From Telmatocola sphagniphila (GTDB taxonomy: Bacteria > Planctomycetota > Planctomycetia > Gemmatales > Gemmataceae), in assembly GCF_018398935.1 (NCBI RefSeq), contig NZ_CP074694.1, forward strand, positions 2,340,001 to 2,372,000: a DNA stretch of 32,000 bases. The letters are read 5' to 3'. Of the stretch, positions 5,807-14,213 are shown piece after piece; the stretch's first letter is position 1; each line of letters opens with the position of its first letter. The notes beneath the pieces are model-generated. The model saw only the letters and a list, made by a program, of their open reading frames with translations, searched no databases and was not told where the DNA came from. Position numbers and translations under genes: made by a program.

Positions 5807-8605
5807 TCACTGGGAGACCAGTCGGACTCCGAACAAAGCCGGGGGATGTACTGCATCGAAAGGTCCCCCCGTGATCGTGACTCGAATACCCATATAGACT
5901 GCCCCGGAAGGAGCATTCAGGGGCGAAATCAGCCCAGTCAGCGGCGAAGGCATGGGATCTCCGGCCACCGCAGTCACCGGACTGCCTAACGTTTGATAAC
6001 CGGTTATCGGGGCGCCTGCGGAATTGAGCCAGTTACGCTCCAAAAGGGCCGTCGCCGATCCGGAAGCGCCAGGTCCTCCCAAAAAACCGAGATGGGCGAC
6101 CAATCGACGCGAGGAACCGCTCCAACAATTCACCTTGAGAAAGACTTGAGTGCTATCTCCAGCCTGGGGTTGAATTCCGACGTGACAGCCCCGCCCAGTC
6201 GCTTCGAAAAGGATACCGCTATCGCTCACGATTGATCCGGCCGACCAGACGCCGCGATCGGTTCGTTTTGCCGGCATTCCTCCACTTAACAATTGGGTGG
6301 AATGGGAAAAGGCATACGGAGTTCGGTAGGCGAATGTGGAACGGACTCCGCCATAAGCGGGGCCGCCTCCCAGAACCGGTTGTGTCGCGGGATCCCATAC
6401 CGTGCCGGCGGGAAAGAGCATCTTGGCGGCACCGATTTTCAAATGCGGAGTCGAAGTCGGATTGGGAGAAACTATTGGTGTAGCAGAGGGGGCGTTTGGA
6501 TCGCTGGAGGGCGTAGCCGCGGCAGCGGGAGAAGTTACCAGCGGCATCGCCGTAACTACTGGGGCGATAAAATAGTCGCCGTTAGCAGTTCCTGAAGGGA
6601 TCGTCAAGGTCGCGGAACGCGCTCCTCGAGGTTGCGAGACCGTGGTGTAAACCGCTTCTGCTGAGGGGACGGCTTTTTCAGGTCGGATCGGCAGCAGCGA
6701 AATTTCATAATGATCGACGGTGCTCTCATCCCCCGAGATCGTCCAGATTATGCTAAAGGTATCGTCCATTTTATAACCGCTAACTATTCGTACCTGATTG
6801 ATCTGAATGGGCTTTCCAAATGGAACGGCCGTCGAACCGCTCGGAGGAGAAGAACTGCTGGCTGCTGGAGGTAGTGCATTGCTCCCCGGGGGAGAATCGG
6901 TACTGCCCCCTCCACCGCTCGAAGGCGAATTTGAATCGCCGCCCCCCATGGATCCCCCGCCAGAGGAGCCTCCAGTGCCGCCCCCACTGCCATCGAATGA
7001 GGAACCACTCCCACTGCTGGAGCCCTTTTCGCCCGGAAAATTGTTCGAATTATCCGTCTGCGGATCTGGCGTGGTAGAGGAGTTGGAATTGTTCGAATTG
7101 GCATCTTTAGTGTCGTCTGCCTTGGGATCTTTGGGATCATCGGGTTTCGAATCCTCCGGCTGGGTCGGATCGGCTTTAGTATCATCGGGTTTCGAATCCT
7201 CCGGCTTGGAGTCCGCCGGTTTCGGGTCATGTGGCTTAGAATCGTCCGTTTTCGGTTGGCCTGAGTTCATGGCCGTGTTGTCGGACTCGGCTTTAGGAAA
7301 CGCAGGATCACTGGCATCAGGAAGCGGCAGAGGTTGAAGAGTTTTTGGATCCAAGCCTGCGCCATTCCCAGCTTTCCAAACGAAGGTTTCTCGGGATATG
7401 GGAGAATTCGTGATGGGTGTTCCATCGGTATCCGCATGTACGGGGGGAATCATGCGAATGGCTTGCAGAGATTTGCGATCGAGATCGACGGTTTCGCTGT
7501 CATAAACGCTTTTCCCGTCGATTTCGACAATCAGGCGCAGGGGATGCCAACGATCCGGAGTTTTCCCAAATGGTTTGGGCTGACCAATCATGCCCAGCGA
7601 GTAGCCTCGTATATCCGACTGTTTCAAGGGACCGGAAATCAAATCGAGCGAAAAAACTTGTGGCCCGTCAGCCCCCGATAGAGGAGCAGCCGGTGATCCG
7701 AGGAGGTAGGAATGGCCTCCCGTTCGAAAATAGACGTAATTTTGAGTATCTGCCGCACTATGGGTGTCTGTGAGCAAAGTCACTCGCACCGATTGAATCG
7801 GAGCCGCATCCCGCCAAGGGGATGCGAAAGTTTTATCCTCATACCAACAATAGACGCCTGAAAGTTGCCCCTCCAATCTCCGTCGTTCTTGTAATAAGGG
7901 CTGGTAAGTCTGGTTGATGCTTGCCAGATTTTTGGTATCGTCTTCGTTCGCGAGATTCGTGTTAACCAGCTCAATGAGTTCCGAACGATTCGCGTCGATC
8001 GCAGCAATCTTTGTCCCCAGATCCGCCATCTTCAGGCGAGCCAACTCCTGCTCCATTTTGGGTTTAACCAAGGTTTGGGCCGGTGTTTGGTTCGGCGGAT
8101 CTTTACTGGCACTCCCCGATGCAAAAAGCTTTTCATTGACGGTAATTTCGTAGCTTTTAAGAATCCACCCGTGAGTTGCCTGGCTCATGAACCCGATTCG
8201 AGAAATATCGGAAACTTTCACGTCTTTCAGCAGTTGAGAGGTCGACTGGAAAAGGTCCTGCCCCGCATCTCCAGCAAGCTCGAAAGTGAATGTGCCTGTC
8301 GATCCGGCCTTGAGAGTTCCCTGGGCATCCGACTTTTGGGGAATCGCACCGTAAGGAGTAAGTTCGTCGCTTTTTCGCCCAACCGGCTGCAGCCAAAGAG
8401 GAAATCCCAAACCGAGATCGAGTGCGAGAGGTTCGTCGCAGTCACTTCCCTCATCGACATGAATTTTGACCGTCAAGCTAGAGACTAGTTCATCGGCTTC
8501 GAACTTTTCTCGCGGTTTGGGGAGCGAATCCTCTTGCGATCGTAACGCCCAAACTAGCAGCACGATAGAGAAAAGGGCTAATATGCCTTTGGGAAACGCA
8601 GTCAT
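5807..8605 (-). CDS. Large secreted mosaic protein of unknown function (signal peptide, two PLAT-like segments flanking a coiled coil, long acidic/Gly-Ser disordered core, unknown C-terminal ~330 aa)
   Basis: 932-aa ORF with ATG at 8605 and GAGG 7 nt upstream. Signal peptide MTAFPKGILALFSIVLLVWALRSQ. Heptad-like helix ELARLKMADLGTKIAAIDANRSELIELV...LLQERRRLEGQLSG. Low-complexity core spans aa ~425-592. The stop lies 37 nt before the next gene's start, which suggests an operon. The PLAT-like call rests only on the pattern (...W-x-L-x-x-[IV]-x-V at segment ends) and is unverified. Confidence 0.8.
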   Translation of the reverse strand: MTAFPKGILALFSIVLLVWALRSQEDSLPKPREKFEADELVSSLTVKIHVDEGSDCDEPLALDLGLGFPLWLQPVGRKSDELTPYGAIPQKSDAQGTLKAGSTGTFTFELAGDAGQDLFQSTSQLLKDVKVSDISRIGFMSQATHGWILKSYEITVNEKLFASGSASKDPPNQTPAQTLVKPKMEQELARLKMADLGTKIAAIDANRSELIELVNTNLANEDDTKNLASINQTYQPLLQERRRLEGQLSGVYCWYEDKTFASPWRDAAPIQSVRVTLLTDTHSAADTQNYVYFRTGGHSYLLGSPAAPLSGADGPQVFSLDLISGPLKQSDIRGYSLGMIGQPKPFGKTPDRWHPLRLIVEIDGKSVYDSETVDLDRKSLQAIRMIPPVHADTDGTPITNSPISRETFVWKAGNGAGLDPKTLQPLPLPDASDPAFPKAESDNTAMNSGQPKTDDSKPHDPKPADSKPEDSKPDDTKADPTQPEDSKPDDPKDPKADDTKDANSNNSNSSTTPDPQTDNSNNFPGEKGSSSGSGSSFDGSGGGTGGSSGGGSMGGGDSNSPSSGGGGSTDSPPGSNALPPAASSSSPPSGSTAVPFGKPIQINQVRIVSGYKMDDTFSIIWTISGDESTVDHYEISLLPIRPEKAVPSAEAVYTTVSQPRGARSATLTIPSGTANGDYFIAPVVTAMPLVTSPAAAATPSSDPNAPSATPIVSPNPTSTPHLKIGAAKMLFPAGTVWDPATQPVLGGGPAYGGVRSTFAYRTPYAFSHSTQLLSGGMPAKRTDRGVWSAGSIVSDSGILFEATGRGCHVGIQPQAGDSTQVFLKVNCWSGSSRRLVAHLGFLGGPGASGSATALLERNWLNSAGAPITGYQTLGSPVTAVAGDPMPSPLTGLISPLNAPSGAVYMGIRVTITGGPFDAVHPPALFGVRLVSQ
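6830..7333 (-). repeat. Low-complexity coding region (PKTDDSKPHDPKPADSKPEDSKPDD... followed by GSSSGSGSSFDGSGGGTGGSSGGGSMGGG...)
   Basis: Seen in the translation of the 5807..8605 ORF, aa ~425-592. It generates long antisense and off-frame shadow ORFs (6807..7337 +, 6784..7230 -). Confidence 0.85.
7136..7206 (-). repeat. 45-bp tandem duplication inside the low-complexity region (a 26-nt perfect core repeated)
   Basis: atcatcgggtttcgaatcctccggct occurs at 7136-7161 and again at 7181-7206. On the minus strand it encodes PEDSKPDD at aa 483-490 and aa 468-475, a period of 15 aa. Confidence 0.9.
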
Positions 8606-8911
8606 AAGACTACCTCTTCTCAGCCCGGTGAGACTAAAGTGACTCTAAGAAGCTCGTCGATTCAACGATTTAGGGCCGCGCTGCGAACAATCTTTGCGGA
8701 CTGCCGGAAATATTGGGATTTCGCAACGTACACCTAATGACGACTCTTTTCTAATAACTGCGTGTCCGGGGTCCTCGTACACAGGATAGCGAGTAATTTG
8801 TAAAAAAAATTTTCAGTAGCGATAGAAATGATGAACATTAACTTGAATTTCTTTTTCGGGATCTCCAAGGCCGGTTCCCGTTCCCAATTCAGGGACCCCT
8901 GAAGTGAAGTT

Positions 8912-11900
8912 TTAGCGAGGCGCTTCGGAGATTTTCAAAAGGGTTTGCGCTTCCCGGCGGAAAGCGTCCAACTCCTGAGCCAGGGACTCGGTAAGCAACG
9001 CTTCTTTGTGACATTCGTGTGCTTGCTCGTACCAGTTGCGTGCCCTCTCCGCATCTCCCAGCTGATGATAGCTCATTGCTAAAAAGTAAAGATCGCTGGC
9101 CGGATTCTGCCAATTTTTTAGACGACTTTTGTTCAGCAAATCAATCGCCTCCCGATAGCGAGCTGAACGGTAGAGTGTCACCGCCAGGGTGTTTTGGATA
9201 GATCCATCATTCGGATCGAGCTCAAACGCCCGTTGCGCCAGTGGAAGTGCCTTTTTAGCGTCGCGGTACTTCTCGGGTCCGGCCACATAAATCCAGGCCA
9301 GTTGATTATAAGCGAGCAAATCTTGCGGATTGAGTCGAACCGATTCCTGGTAATCTTCGAGGAGTTGCTCGGTTCGGTGGAGCAATTCGCCGAACTCGGC
9401 CCTCTTCTGGTGATAGCGATATTGACCCGGAAGCAACTTGATGGCCATCGAAAGATCTGCAAAAGCATCCTGCAGATGTTCCTCCTTCCAGCACAGAGCC
9501 CGTTGATAATACGCTTCGGGGCTTATCGGATTGAAGGCCAGGGAAATGGACCAGGCGGCCAGCGCCTGTTGGGTAAGATCTCGAACCACCAGCCGATGAG
9601 ATCTAGAGGTCGAACCGATATCGGAGGAGGATTGAACGGCGTCCCAATCGAGATCCATGTTCGCGAGGCCGGTCCGGATGAGGCGAAGATCCCAGATGTG
9701 AATCGATTTACCGATCCGCGAACTGGCGATCAGTTTGGTTCCATCGGGTGTAAATCCAAGCCAACTGGCTTCATGCTGATGCGGATCCTCGAGGCGAGCC
9801 AACTCCCGACCTGTATCGGGTTCTAAAAGACGGATTCGACCGCCTCGGGATTCGACTGCAAGTAAGGAATCGTCCGAATTAAAAGCGAAACTGCTGGCAC
9901 TACCGAGAATCGGTCCTGGATTCCAGCTTTCAACGTGCCAGAGCCGGAGGTGTCCCGAATTCGTGGCCAGCCACTTGCCCCCTGGACTGAATTTGACATC
10001 AATTTGGCCGGTTTCTGGCAGAAGTTCGACCGGCTGCTTGGGATTCGGTAACGTCCAAATCCGAGCACCGGTTCCATGATGGCTACCTGTCGCGAGCCAA
10101 TGTCCATCTGGACTCAATGAGACTCTTCTGCAATCGGGATGGGTAACTTTGATGGGTTTACCATTGTCGATCGAAAAACTGGCCCCATTTTTTCCAGTTC
10201 CCTCTGGAATGGCGATTATCCTTCCATCCCGGCTGATATCAAAATCGCAATCCGATCCGACTTGACTGCCGATTTCCTCAAAACCGAGTTGCAAGTTGTT
10301 CTGGCGGAGTGGTTCAAGACTCAAGGGGTAGCGAGAAAGTCCTTTCCAGGAGAGTACGATGGCCGTACCCGAGTTCTCCAACTTGACGGAGCGCGTGCCC
10401 GCAGGGAAGCGAAAGAGTTTCTGACCGTTTTCTAGATCGAAGAGGGTTGAACCTTTGGAAGTGGCTTGGGCAATGATCCGCCCACTCGGATGGATCGATG
10501 CTTCGTAGGGAAATTCGTCGCCTGAAGGATTCGATAAAGAGATGGTGCGATACTCAATTGCCGGATTAACTCGCCATAATTCGAGTGCGCCTTCTTGCAG
10601 GTTATTTTGAACGAAAAGCCCATCCTCCGTAGTAGGGACCTTAAAAAACTGACCTGGCAATATCATCAGCAACTTACTCGTCCGCCAGTCCCACAACCGA
10701 ATCTGATTTTCCCAGCCACTGGTCGCCAAAATTTCTCCACCGGCGATAAAAGCAATCTCTGTGGTCGGATTGGTAAAGCCTTCTAAAACGGCGTACGGTT
10801 GACCAACTTTTATATCCCATAGATAAACTGTTCGCTCTGGATAATTGCAGTAGGCGAGGATATCTTCCTTGGCATGCCACGCGATGCTGACCCCCGAACT
10901 CGAAGTTTGGGGAGTGGGAAATTGCGACATCACGTGGCCGTCAAACAAATCGCGAATCTGAATCCGATTATTTTCAATGCAAGCGAAACGTTCTCCCCGT
11001 GCATCGACGACCACTGCTCGACCATTCGAAATGTTAGCAATTTGAATGGGCTGCTGCTCCGATTCGAGGGGGCACAAACAAATCGAGCCATCCATCTTCA
11101 GGCAGAGTAGACGATTATCCGGCGTAAAGCACATAGACCGGATTTTATCCTGATAAGGGAGAAATCGAGCCACTCCGCGCTCGGGAGTCCAAACTCGGAG
11201 TTGATGGTCGTCCTGCAAGTGGGCCACAAATTTCCCGTTAGGACTGACCATGAGCGAAGAGTCAATCGGATGAGCAACGAAGTCCTCTGCAACGCGGGAA
11301 TCGTCCGAAACTTTTCGTAAGCTGATTAATCCCTCGCGATTCGCCCGAGCGTAAGTTTCAAAGTGAGAATCGATGGCAAGGGATCTGGTCCCCTCGGGAC
11401 ACCCCGGCCAACTTTTCGTGGTTTCGATATCGGGAAGTACTAAAGCCGCGATAGCGAGATTTCGCAACTCCTCCAAGCTCGAGGAAGGCAATTGAAGCTC
11501 TCTCGCGAGTTGAGCGGCCTCGCCAATAACGCGGAGACTTTCCTGACGTTGACCGCGCCGACGACTCAGAACCCCCGCTTTTGCCTGGTCTTTAAGGGAT
11601 TTCCACAGTTCCTTTTTCATCTCGACATTGGCATCGATCGCTTGTTTTCGGGCACTGACCGCACTGTCTCGTTCGCTTCTCCAAATTGCAGCGGCGATGC
11701 TGGAACCTAACGAACCCAGCAGGAGAAGGAAAACCAAAGCCCCGAGCAATACGGCAACAGTTGGGTTGCGGCGACGCCATCGCAGTAAAAGTTCCTTCCG
11801 AGTCGCCCGACGCGCTTTCACGGGTCGATCGGCCAGATACCTTTGGAAATCTTCCGCCATTTCGGCGGCCGAAGCATAACGTGAGTTGGGGTCTTGAGCT

Positions 11901-13099
11901 ATCGCCTTGAGAACGACCGTTTCGAGGTCAACGGGGATCTGGGGATCGATTTTTCGAGGGGACAACGGAGCGAGCTTGGTGATTTGAGAAATGAGTTGAA
12001 GCTTGTCTCGTCCCTCAAAAGCCGGTTGCAAAGTCAACATCTCGTAGAGCGTTATACCCAGAGCATAAATATCACCGGAGGCTTCTGATTTTCCGGAAAA
12101 CCGTTCCGGGGCCATGTAGCGAATCGTTCCAACGATATCGCCAGTATTGGTTAAATCTTCTGCATCGGTCGCCTTCGCCAGACCGAAATCGGTGATCCAG
12201 ACAATACCCTGGTGATCGAGTAACAAATTGGAGGGTTTGATATCGCGATGAATAACCCCCTGTCGATGCGCATGGGCGAGTGCGTCGGCGATCTGAAAGC
12301 CGATTCCAGCGACTTTGCGAAAATAATCTTTCCCATGGCTGAGTGAACTAGCATTCGATGCAGTCGTGGTGACTTCGGTTATGAAATCCTCCGGTCGGCC
12401 TTTCTGATTGTGTTGAGTTTCTCCGTCGGGTTCCGAACCTTTCTGCACTAGGAATTCGGTCTCAACAGGGTAAGCTAAACTGCGATCCCTCATCTCTTTC
12501 ACGTCTAGTTTTTTCACATTAGATGAACGGCGGGAATGACGCAATTTTCGGAGATCTTGGAGAACCTGATCGAGTCCATCGCCACGTATGAACTGCATCG
12601 CGTAGTAATGAAAACCATCGCTCTCTCCGACGCCAAAAACCGGAACAATATTAGTATGATGGAGCCTAGCCGCTGCTTTGGCCTCACGCCGGAAGCGTTC
12701 CTGGAATGTCGGAGTCAAAGCGGCATTTGGGGCCAAAACCTTTAAAGCGACGTAGCGACCTAGCGACTCTTGCACCGCTTCATAAACAACGCCCATTCCG
12801 CCCCGACCAATCTCCCGCTGAATCAAATAATCCCCCAGTCGTTGCATGGGCCGGCAAAGTAAGCTCGGCGTATTTTCAGATAGGCTGGGAGCCTCCTTCG
12901 GTTTCAGGGATTCCATTAATTCTAAAGCGGGAAAGAGATCCCGAATGCTTTCGGCCCACTGCGGATAACGGAGGGTATAATCGGAAATCGTTGGCTTCTC
13001 GCCTCGACGAAGGCGCTCGGCGAACTGTTCGGCGAGTTCCTCCACGGAATCGCGTTGGTCGCCCGAAGAATCTATCGAAGCCTCTGATTTTGAGAGCAT
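8912..13099 (-). CDS. Ser/Thr protein kinase with a single TM segment, extracytoplasmic WD40-like beta-propeller region and C-terminal TPR repeats
   Basis: 1395-aa ORF. Hanks-kinase motifs: GRGGMGVVYEA, VALKVL, HRDIKPSNLLL, DFGLAK, TIRYMAPE (kinase domain approx 11837-12832, with a ~75-aa insert). TM segment PTVAVLLGALVFLLLLGSLGSSIAAAIW (approx 11681-11764). Blade-end motifs: LRVWTPE, VYLWDIK, IRLWDWR, LELWRVN, ARIWTLP, LRLWHVE, IHIWDLR. TPR-like helices approx 8930-9650. Confidence 0.9.
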   Translation of the reverse strand: MLSKSEASIDSSGDQRDSVEELAEQFAERLRRGEKPTISDYTLRYPQWAESIRDLFPALELMESLKPKEAPSLSENTPSLLCRPMQRLGDYLIQREIGRGGMGVVYEAVQESLGRYVALKVLAPNAALTPTFQERFRREAKAAARLHHTNIVPVFGVGESDGFHYYAMQFIRGDGLDQVLQDLRKLRHSRRSSNVKKLDVKEMRDRSLAYPVETEFLVQKGSEPDGETQHNQKGRPEDFITEVTTTASNASSLSHGKDYFRKVAGIGFQIADALAHAHRQGVIHRDIKPSNLLLDHQGIVWITDFGLAKATDAEDLTNTGDIVGTIRYMAPERFSGKSEASGDIYALGITLYEMLTLQPAFEGRDKLQLISQITKLAPLSPRKIDPQIPVDLETVVLKAIAQDPNSRYASAAEMAEDFQRYLADRPVKARRATRKELLLRWRRRNPTVAVLLGALVFLLLLGSLGSSIAAAIWRSERDSAVSARKQAIDANVEMKKELWKSLKDQAKAGVLSRRRGQRQESLRVIGEAAQLARELQLPSSSLEELRNLAIAALVLPDIETTKSWPGCPEGTRSLAIDSHFETYARANREGLISLRKVSDDSRVAEDFVAHPIDSSLMVSPNGKFVAHLQDDHQLRVWTPERGVARFLPYQDKIRSMCFTPDNRLLCLKMDGSICLCPLESEQQPIQIANISNGRAVVVDARGERFACIENNRIQIRDLFDGHVMSQFPTPQTSSSGVSIAWHAKEDILAYCNYPERTVYLWDIKVGQPYAVLEGFTNPTTEIAFIAGGEILATSGWENQIRLWDWRTSKLLMILPGQFFKVPTTEDGLFVQNNLQEGALELWRVNPAIEYRTISLSNPSGDEFPYEASIHPSGRIIAQATSKGSTLFDLENGQKLFRFPAGTRSVKLENSGTAIVLSWKGLSRYPLSLEPLRQNNLQLGFEEIGSQVGSDCDFDISRDGRIIAIPEGTGKNGASFSIDNGKPIKVTHPDCRRVSLSPDGHWLATGSHHGTGARIWTLPNPKQPVELLPETGQIDVKFSPGGKWLATNSGHLRLWHVESWNPGPILGSASSFAFNSDDSLLAVESRGGRIRLLEPDTGRELARLEDPHQHEASWLGFTPDGTKLIASSRIGKSIHIWDLRLIRTGLANMDLDWDAVQSSSDIGSTSRSHRLVVRDLTQQALAAWSISLAFNPISPEAYYQRALCWKEEHLQDAFADLSMAIKLLPGQYRYHQKRAEFGELLHRTEQLLEDYQESVRLNPQDLLAYNQLAWIYVAGPEKYRDAKKALPLAQRAFELDPNDGSIQNTLAVTLYRSARYREAIDLLNKSRLKNWQNPASDLYFLAMSYHQLGDAERARNWYEQAHECHKEALLTESLAQELDAFRREAQTLLKISEAPR

Positions 13100-13107
13100 T
13101 TCAGTGG

Positions 13108-13740
13108 TTACTCTTTGAAGACTTCCGGATGAGTGGCCAAGATTTCTTTCAGACGTTTTAGAGCTCGCATATATCGATTGCTGGCCGCGGCTTTTTGGAT
13201 GCCGAGAAGGTGGGCCGTCTCATTATTAGACAGTTCCTCGAAATGACGTAAAGTCAGGATTTCTCGATCCAAAGGGGGCATGAGATTCAGAGCTTCCTGC
13301 AAAAAGATCTGTCGCTCCAGACGGATGGCCGCGTGGGAGGGCGTCGATGTACTTCCGAGAACATCCGCGGCCAGAGACGCGGAACTCGCGGGAGGGAGCC
13401 CTGAATGGAGCGGAATTTCCTGCCCGGCATCCCGCATTTTTGCCCCTAGATGCTTCCTGTGCAAAGCCAGTAACCGCTGACCTGTCAAAAAGCGTAGCCA
13501 CAGGTAGGGCGGCATTGTCGGATTGCTCGCATACTGCGGCGCCCTTCGTACGACATCGACACAAGCCTCTTGCAATACATCGGAAGGATCGAGCCGACCT
13601 TGCAGTCGATGATCAAGACGCAGTCGAACCATTCGGCGGAGCCGAGAACGATAATATTCAAACAACTCGAGTGAGGCCCGGGGATCTCCCTCGAGGAGTC
13701 GACGCTTCAGAAGTTCAGAACCGGACCACACGACAGACAT
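13108..13740 (-). CDS. ECF-type RNA polymerase sigma-70 family factor (planctomycete subfamily-like)
   Basis: 210-aa ORF. Region-2-like DPSDVLQEACVDVVRR...YLWLRFLTGQRLLALHRKH. Region-4 HTH-like REILTLRHFEELSNNETAHLLGIQKAAASNRYMRALKRLKE. Its stop (13108-13110) is separated by only 8 nt from the kinase ATG (13099). Confidence 0.85.
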   Translation of the reverse strand: MSVVWSGSELLKRRLLEGDPRASLELFEYYRSRLRRMVRLRLDHRLQGRLDPSDVLQEACVDVVRRAPQYASNPTMPPYLWLRFLTGQRLLALHRKHLGAKMRDAGQEIPLHSGLPPASSASLAADVLGSTSTPSHAAIRLERQIFLQEALNLMPPLDREILTLRHFEELSNNETAHLLGIQKAAASNRYMRALKRLKEILATHPEVFKE

Positions 13741-14213
13741 AGTCGACCCCTGAGTTACTACGACAGTCTATGTTTTTCGCGCGAAGAGATGGGAAACTTA
13801 CAGTGGCTATTGTATCAGTAGAGATTCACCAGAAAGCAGGAACTTGGGAATCAAGGAATAATGATTCACCTTGAAGTCGCAGCTAGACATACAGGAGCGA
13901 ACATCGATCTCCGACTTGGTGCTGCCGGAAACCGCGTCATGTCTTGAAGGTCCCACGAGAGCAACAATCGCACCAGCGGATCTCGCAAGCACGCCCACGT
14001 GAAATTTGTCGCTTTAGCCGAATCGTTCCGAAAATCCCTACTCGTTCCTTCGCAATTGACACTGCCCCAGCATCACAATTCCATGAAGTCAATTTCGAAG
14101 CAATGATCGCTGCTGGAGGTACCAATAGTGTCGTTGAATCGCTAATATCTCTGAGATTCTACTGCGTTACAGCATCGCTCAAATTATTTAATCTCCTATA
14201 GGAGGCAATTAAA

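Noticed and set aside
5770-5916. Longer upstream starts offered by the ORF track: 5916 for the 844-aa ORF, and likewise 3221, 24602, 20697 (TTG), 17987 (TTG) and 24992 (TTG)
   Set aside because: In each case an internal ATG gives a canonical signal peptide or aligns with a paralog start, and it has a Shine-Dalgarno-like purine run. The 5916 start would also overlap the upstream gene, whose stop is at 5807.
6784-7337. ORFs 6807..7337 (+, 176 aa, Pro/Glu/Ser-rich) and 6784..7230 (-, 148 aa, Arg/Ile/Pro-rich)
   Set aside because: Both are alternative-frame or antisense readings of the low-complexity repeat region of the 932-aa gene. Repeats keep all frames open.
12706-13161. 151-aa plus-strand ORF bridging the kinase/sigma junction
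   Set aside because: It is antisense to two well-supported genes and has no motifs.
13741-14213. Small ORFs (13807..13998 -, 13937..14125 -, 13944..14201 +) in the 473-nt divergent region, considered as a possible anti-sigma factor
   Set aside because: They overlap one another and lack an SD. None has a TM segment or a ZAS (H-x3-C-x2-C) motif, and their compositions look non-coding.
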